From a virus (taxonomy: Duplodnaviria > Heunggongvirae > Uroviricota > Caudoviricetes), in IMG/VR virus record IMGVR_UViG_3300000292_000047: a stretch of 48,335 nucleotides of DNA. One strand, 5' to 3'. This document shows, piece by piece, positions 47,257-48,335 of this stretch (position 1 is its first letter; each line of letters starts with the position of its first letter). The translations under genes and the position numbers were made by a program. Under the pieces are notes generated by a model. It had not been told where the DNA came from, made no database searches, and saw nothing but the letters and a program-made list of their open reading frames with translations.

Positions 47257-47465
47257 GAAACTATCCATTTTTCAATGAATACCTCCAGTAATATCAAGAG
47301 ATACGCCGTACCCAGCGCGGTTCCTACCGATATAGCTAAGACAAACCTCAAAGATAACGAGGTATCTTTCGCTTTTCTCCAGACGTAAGCGCCAGCCAGA
47401 AATACCAACAAATCTCTTATTGGAAGCGGAAACCAGAACAAATCACTCGGCATAAGCACGATCAT
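47253..47465 (-). CDS. Small two-helix membrane protein
   Basis: 70 aa, hydrophobic. Confidence 0.4.
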   Translation of the reverse strand: MIVLMPSDLFWFPLPIRDLLVFLAGAYVWRKAKDTSLSLRFVLAISVGTALGTAYLLILLEVFIEKWIVS

Positions 47466-47742
47466 CTTCCGCTGCTGATTTACACGCCGCAGTTACTGAT
47501 ATATTGATAACCGGTGCGCTAATCGTGATGGACGACTCTGTCGGTTGACGCGATATAACTGAACGATGGTTATCAATGAAGTCCACAATCTCATTCAGGC
47601 ATTCTTTAGCTGCCTCATCGTGACTTTTTCCGTATGCTTCACGGAGGACTTTCATCCTCATCATTGCTCCGTCACATATAGTCGAAAGCGCGTAAAGCAC
47701 ATCACTAACCGCCATTTCTTTTTTGGTGCTTGTCGAAGGCAT
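47443..47742 (-). CDS. Hypothetical protein
   Basis: 99 aa; AGGAGA SD. Confidence 0.45.
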   Translation of the reverse strand: MPSTSTKKEMAVSDVLYALSTICDGAMMRMKVLREAYGKSHDEAAKECLNEIVDFIDNHRSVISRQPTESSITISAPVINISVTAACKSAAEDDRAYAE

Positions 47743-47816
47743 CCCATGTTCTCCTTTGTCTGGATGTAAAAAAGCCCCGGCAATTGCCGAGGCTCGTTGT
47801 TCGTTATCGTTACGGT

Positions 47817-48014
47817 TTAATGCTCGCGTCGTCCGGCGACAACTTCGGATTTGTATTTCAGGTCGCCCAGCAAGAATTGCAGTTTAAGCATCTTTGCCGC
47901 CGTGTAGTTCCCTGATTCCACAACCTCTTTCATGAGGTCATAAACGGCCGCTACATCATCAGCCAGGAACTCTTTGCGTTGCTGCTCAGTCGCACGTTTG
48001 AAGGAAATACGCAT
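47817..48014 (-). CDS. Hypothetical protein
   Basis: 65 aa from ATG 48012-48014; TGATG coupling to upstream gene. Confidence 0.4.
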   Translation of the reverse strand: MRISFKRATEQQRKEFLADDVAAVYDLMKEVVESGNYTAAKMLKLQFLLGDLKYKSEVVAGRREH

Positions 48015-48283
48015 CACTCATCATCTCCTGCCGCACATACAACCTCACAAAAAAAATCAGCAGAATGTTTCTCCTTGAACGAATGACGCTCAAAACCGCA
48101 CTCAATATCAGGCGCAAAAACATCCACCACATACGGTCTTTCAGAATGTTTGTTTTCCCAACGATAAACCGTAGTGACGTTGAAATGTTTTAACGCTTCA
48201 CGGAACTCAACGCTGCCCGTCAGGTTTTTTGAGGTCAGGTATTGCAGGAGGTTTTTTACTACTTCACGGTCTTGTACTTTCAT
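48014..48283 (-). CDS. Hypothetical protein, first gene behind leader copy A/D
   Basis: 89 aa; ATG 48281-48283 directly after ccggagaaatctg. Confidence 0.5.
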   Translation of the reverse strand: MKVQDREVVKNLLQYLTSKNLTGSVEFREALKHFNVTTVYRWENKHSERPYVVDVFAPDIECGFERHSFKEKHSADFFCEVVCAAGDDE

Positions 48284-48335
48284 CAGATTTCTCCGGTTTA
48301 ACCAGGGCGGGTATCGCTCGGTTTCGGGTATAACC
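48282..48335. repeat. Copy D of leader repeat, identical to window positions 1-54
   Basis: 54/54 identity with window start. Confidence 0.9.

Noticed and set aside
1-48335. Integrase/attP and transposase/IS elements
   Set aside because: No ORF with tyrosine- or serine-recombinase or transposase hallmarks was recognised; maintenance appears plasmid-like (RepA, ParA). A search was not possible, so a divergent recombinase among the hypothetical genes cannot be excluded.

Overview
Gene-dense window that reads as a temperate tailed phage with plasmid-type maintenance functions, almost all coding on the minus strand. The last 54 bp (48282-48335) are identical to the first 54 bp (1-54), so the window is probably a complete circular replicon of about 48.28 kb carrying an assembly overlap. 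Modules, read from the sequence and the ORF track: (i) packaging/head: small and large terminase, portal, ClpP-type protease/scaffold, decoration-like protein, lambda-E-like major capsid; (ii) contractile tail: sheath, tube, chaperone with a TTTTTTG -1 frameshift site, tape measure, P2-type X/D/V/W/J/I baseplate proteins, P2-H-like tail fibre and Tfa; (iii) lysis: two holin-like membrane proteins, GH108 endolysin, Rz/Rz1-like spanins; (iv) immunity: CI-type repressor (HTH + S24 domain) divergent from an early operon, with ACCAC-N5-GTGGT operators, plus an ORF6N/Rha antirepressor preceded by a structured ORF-free region; (v) plasmid-like maintenance: IncFII-type RepA with a CopA-like antisense RNA and a DnaA box, a ParA/ParG-like partition cassette flanked by AT-rich repeats, and a HigB/HigA toxin-antitoxin pair; (vi) accessory: tRNA (anticodon CAT), MT-A70 methyltransferase, three ParB-like nuclease-domain genes (one fused to a SAM-methyltransferase domain), a hexapeptide acetyltransferase moron, and a tandem paralogous small-gene family. 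The most unusual signal is a ~105-bp promoter/5'-leader element present at three loci (four counting the terminal duplicate) whose AT-rich part matches the repeats flanking parA/parG, suggesting a partition-protein-linked regulon. Caveats: no database search was possible, so all protein calls rest on motifs recognised by eye; the ORF track reports GTG/TTG starts as M, and starts were re-checked only where stated.
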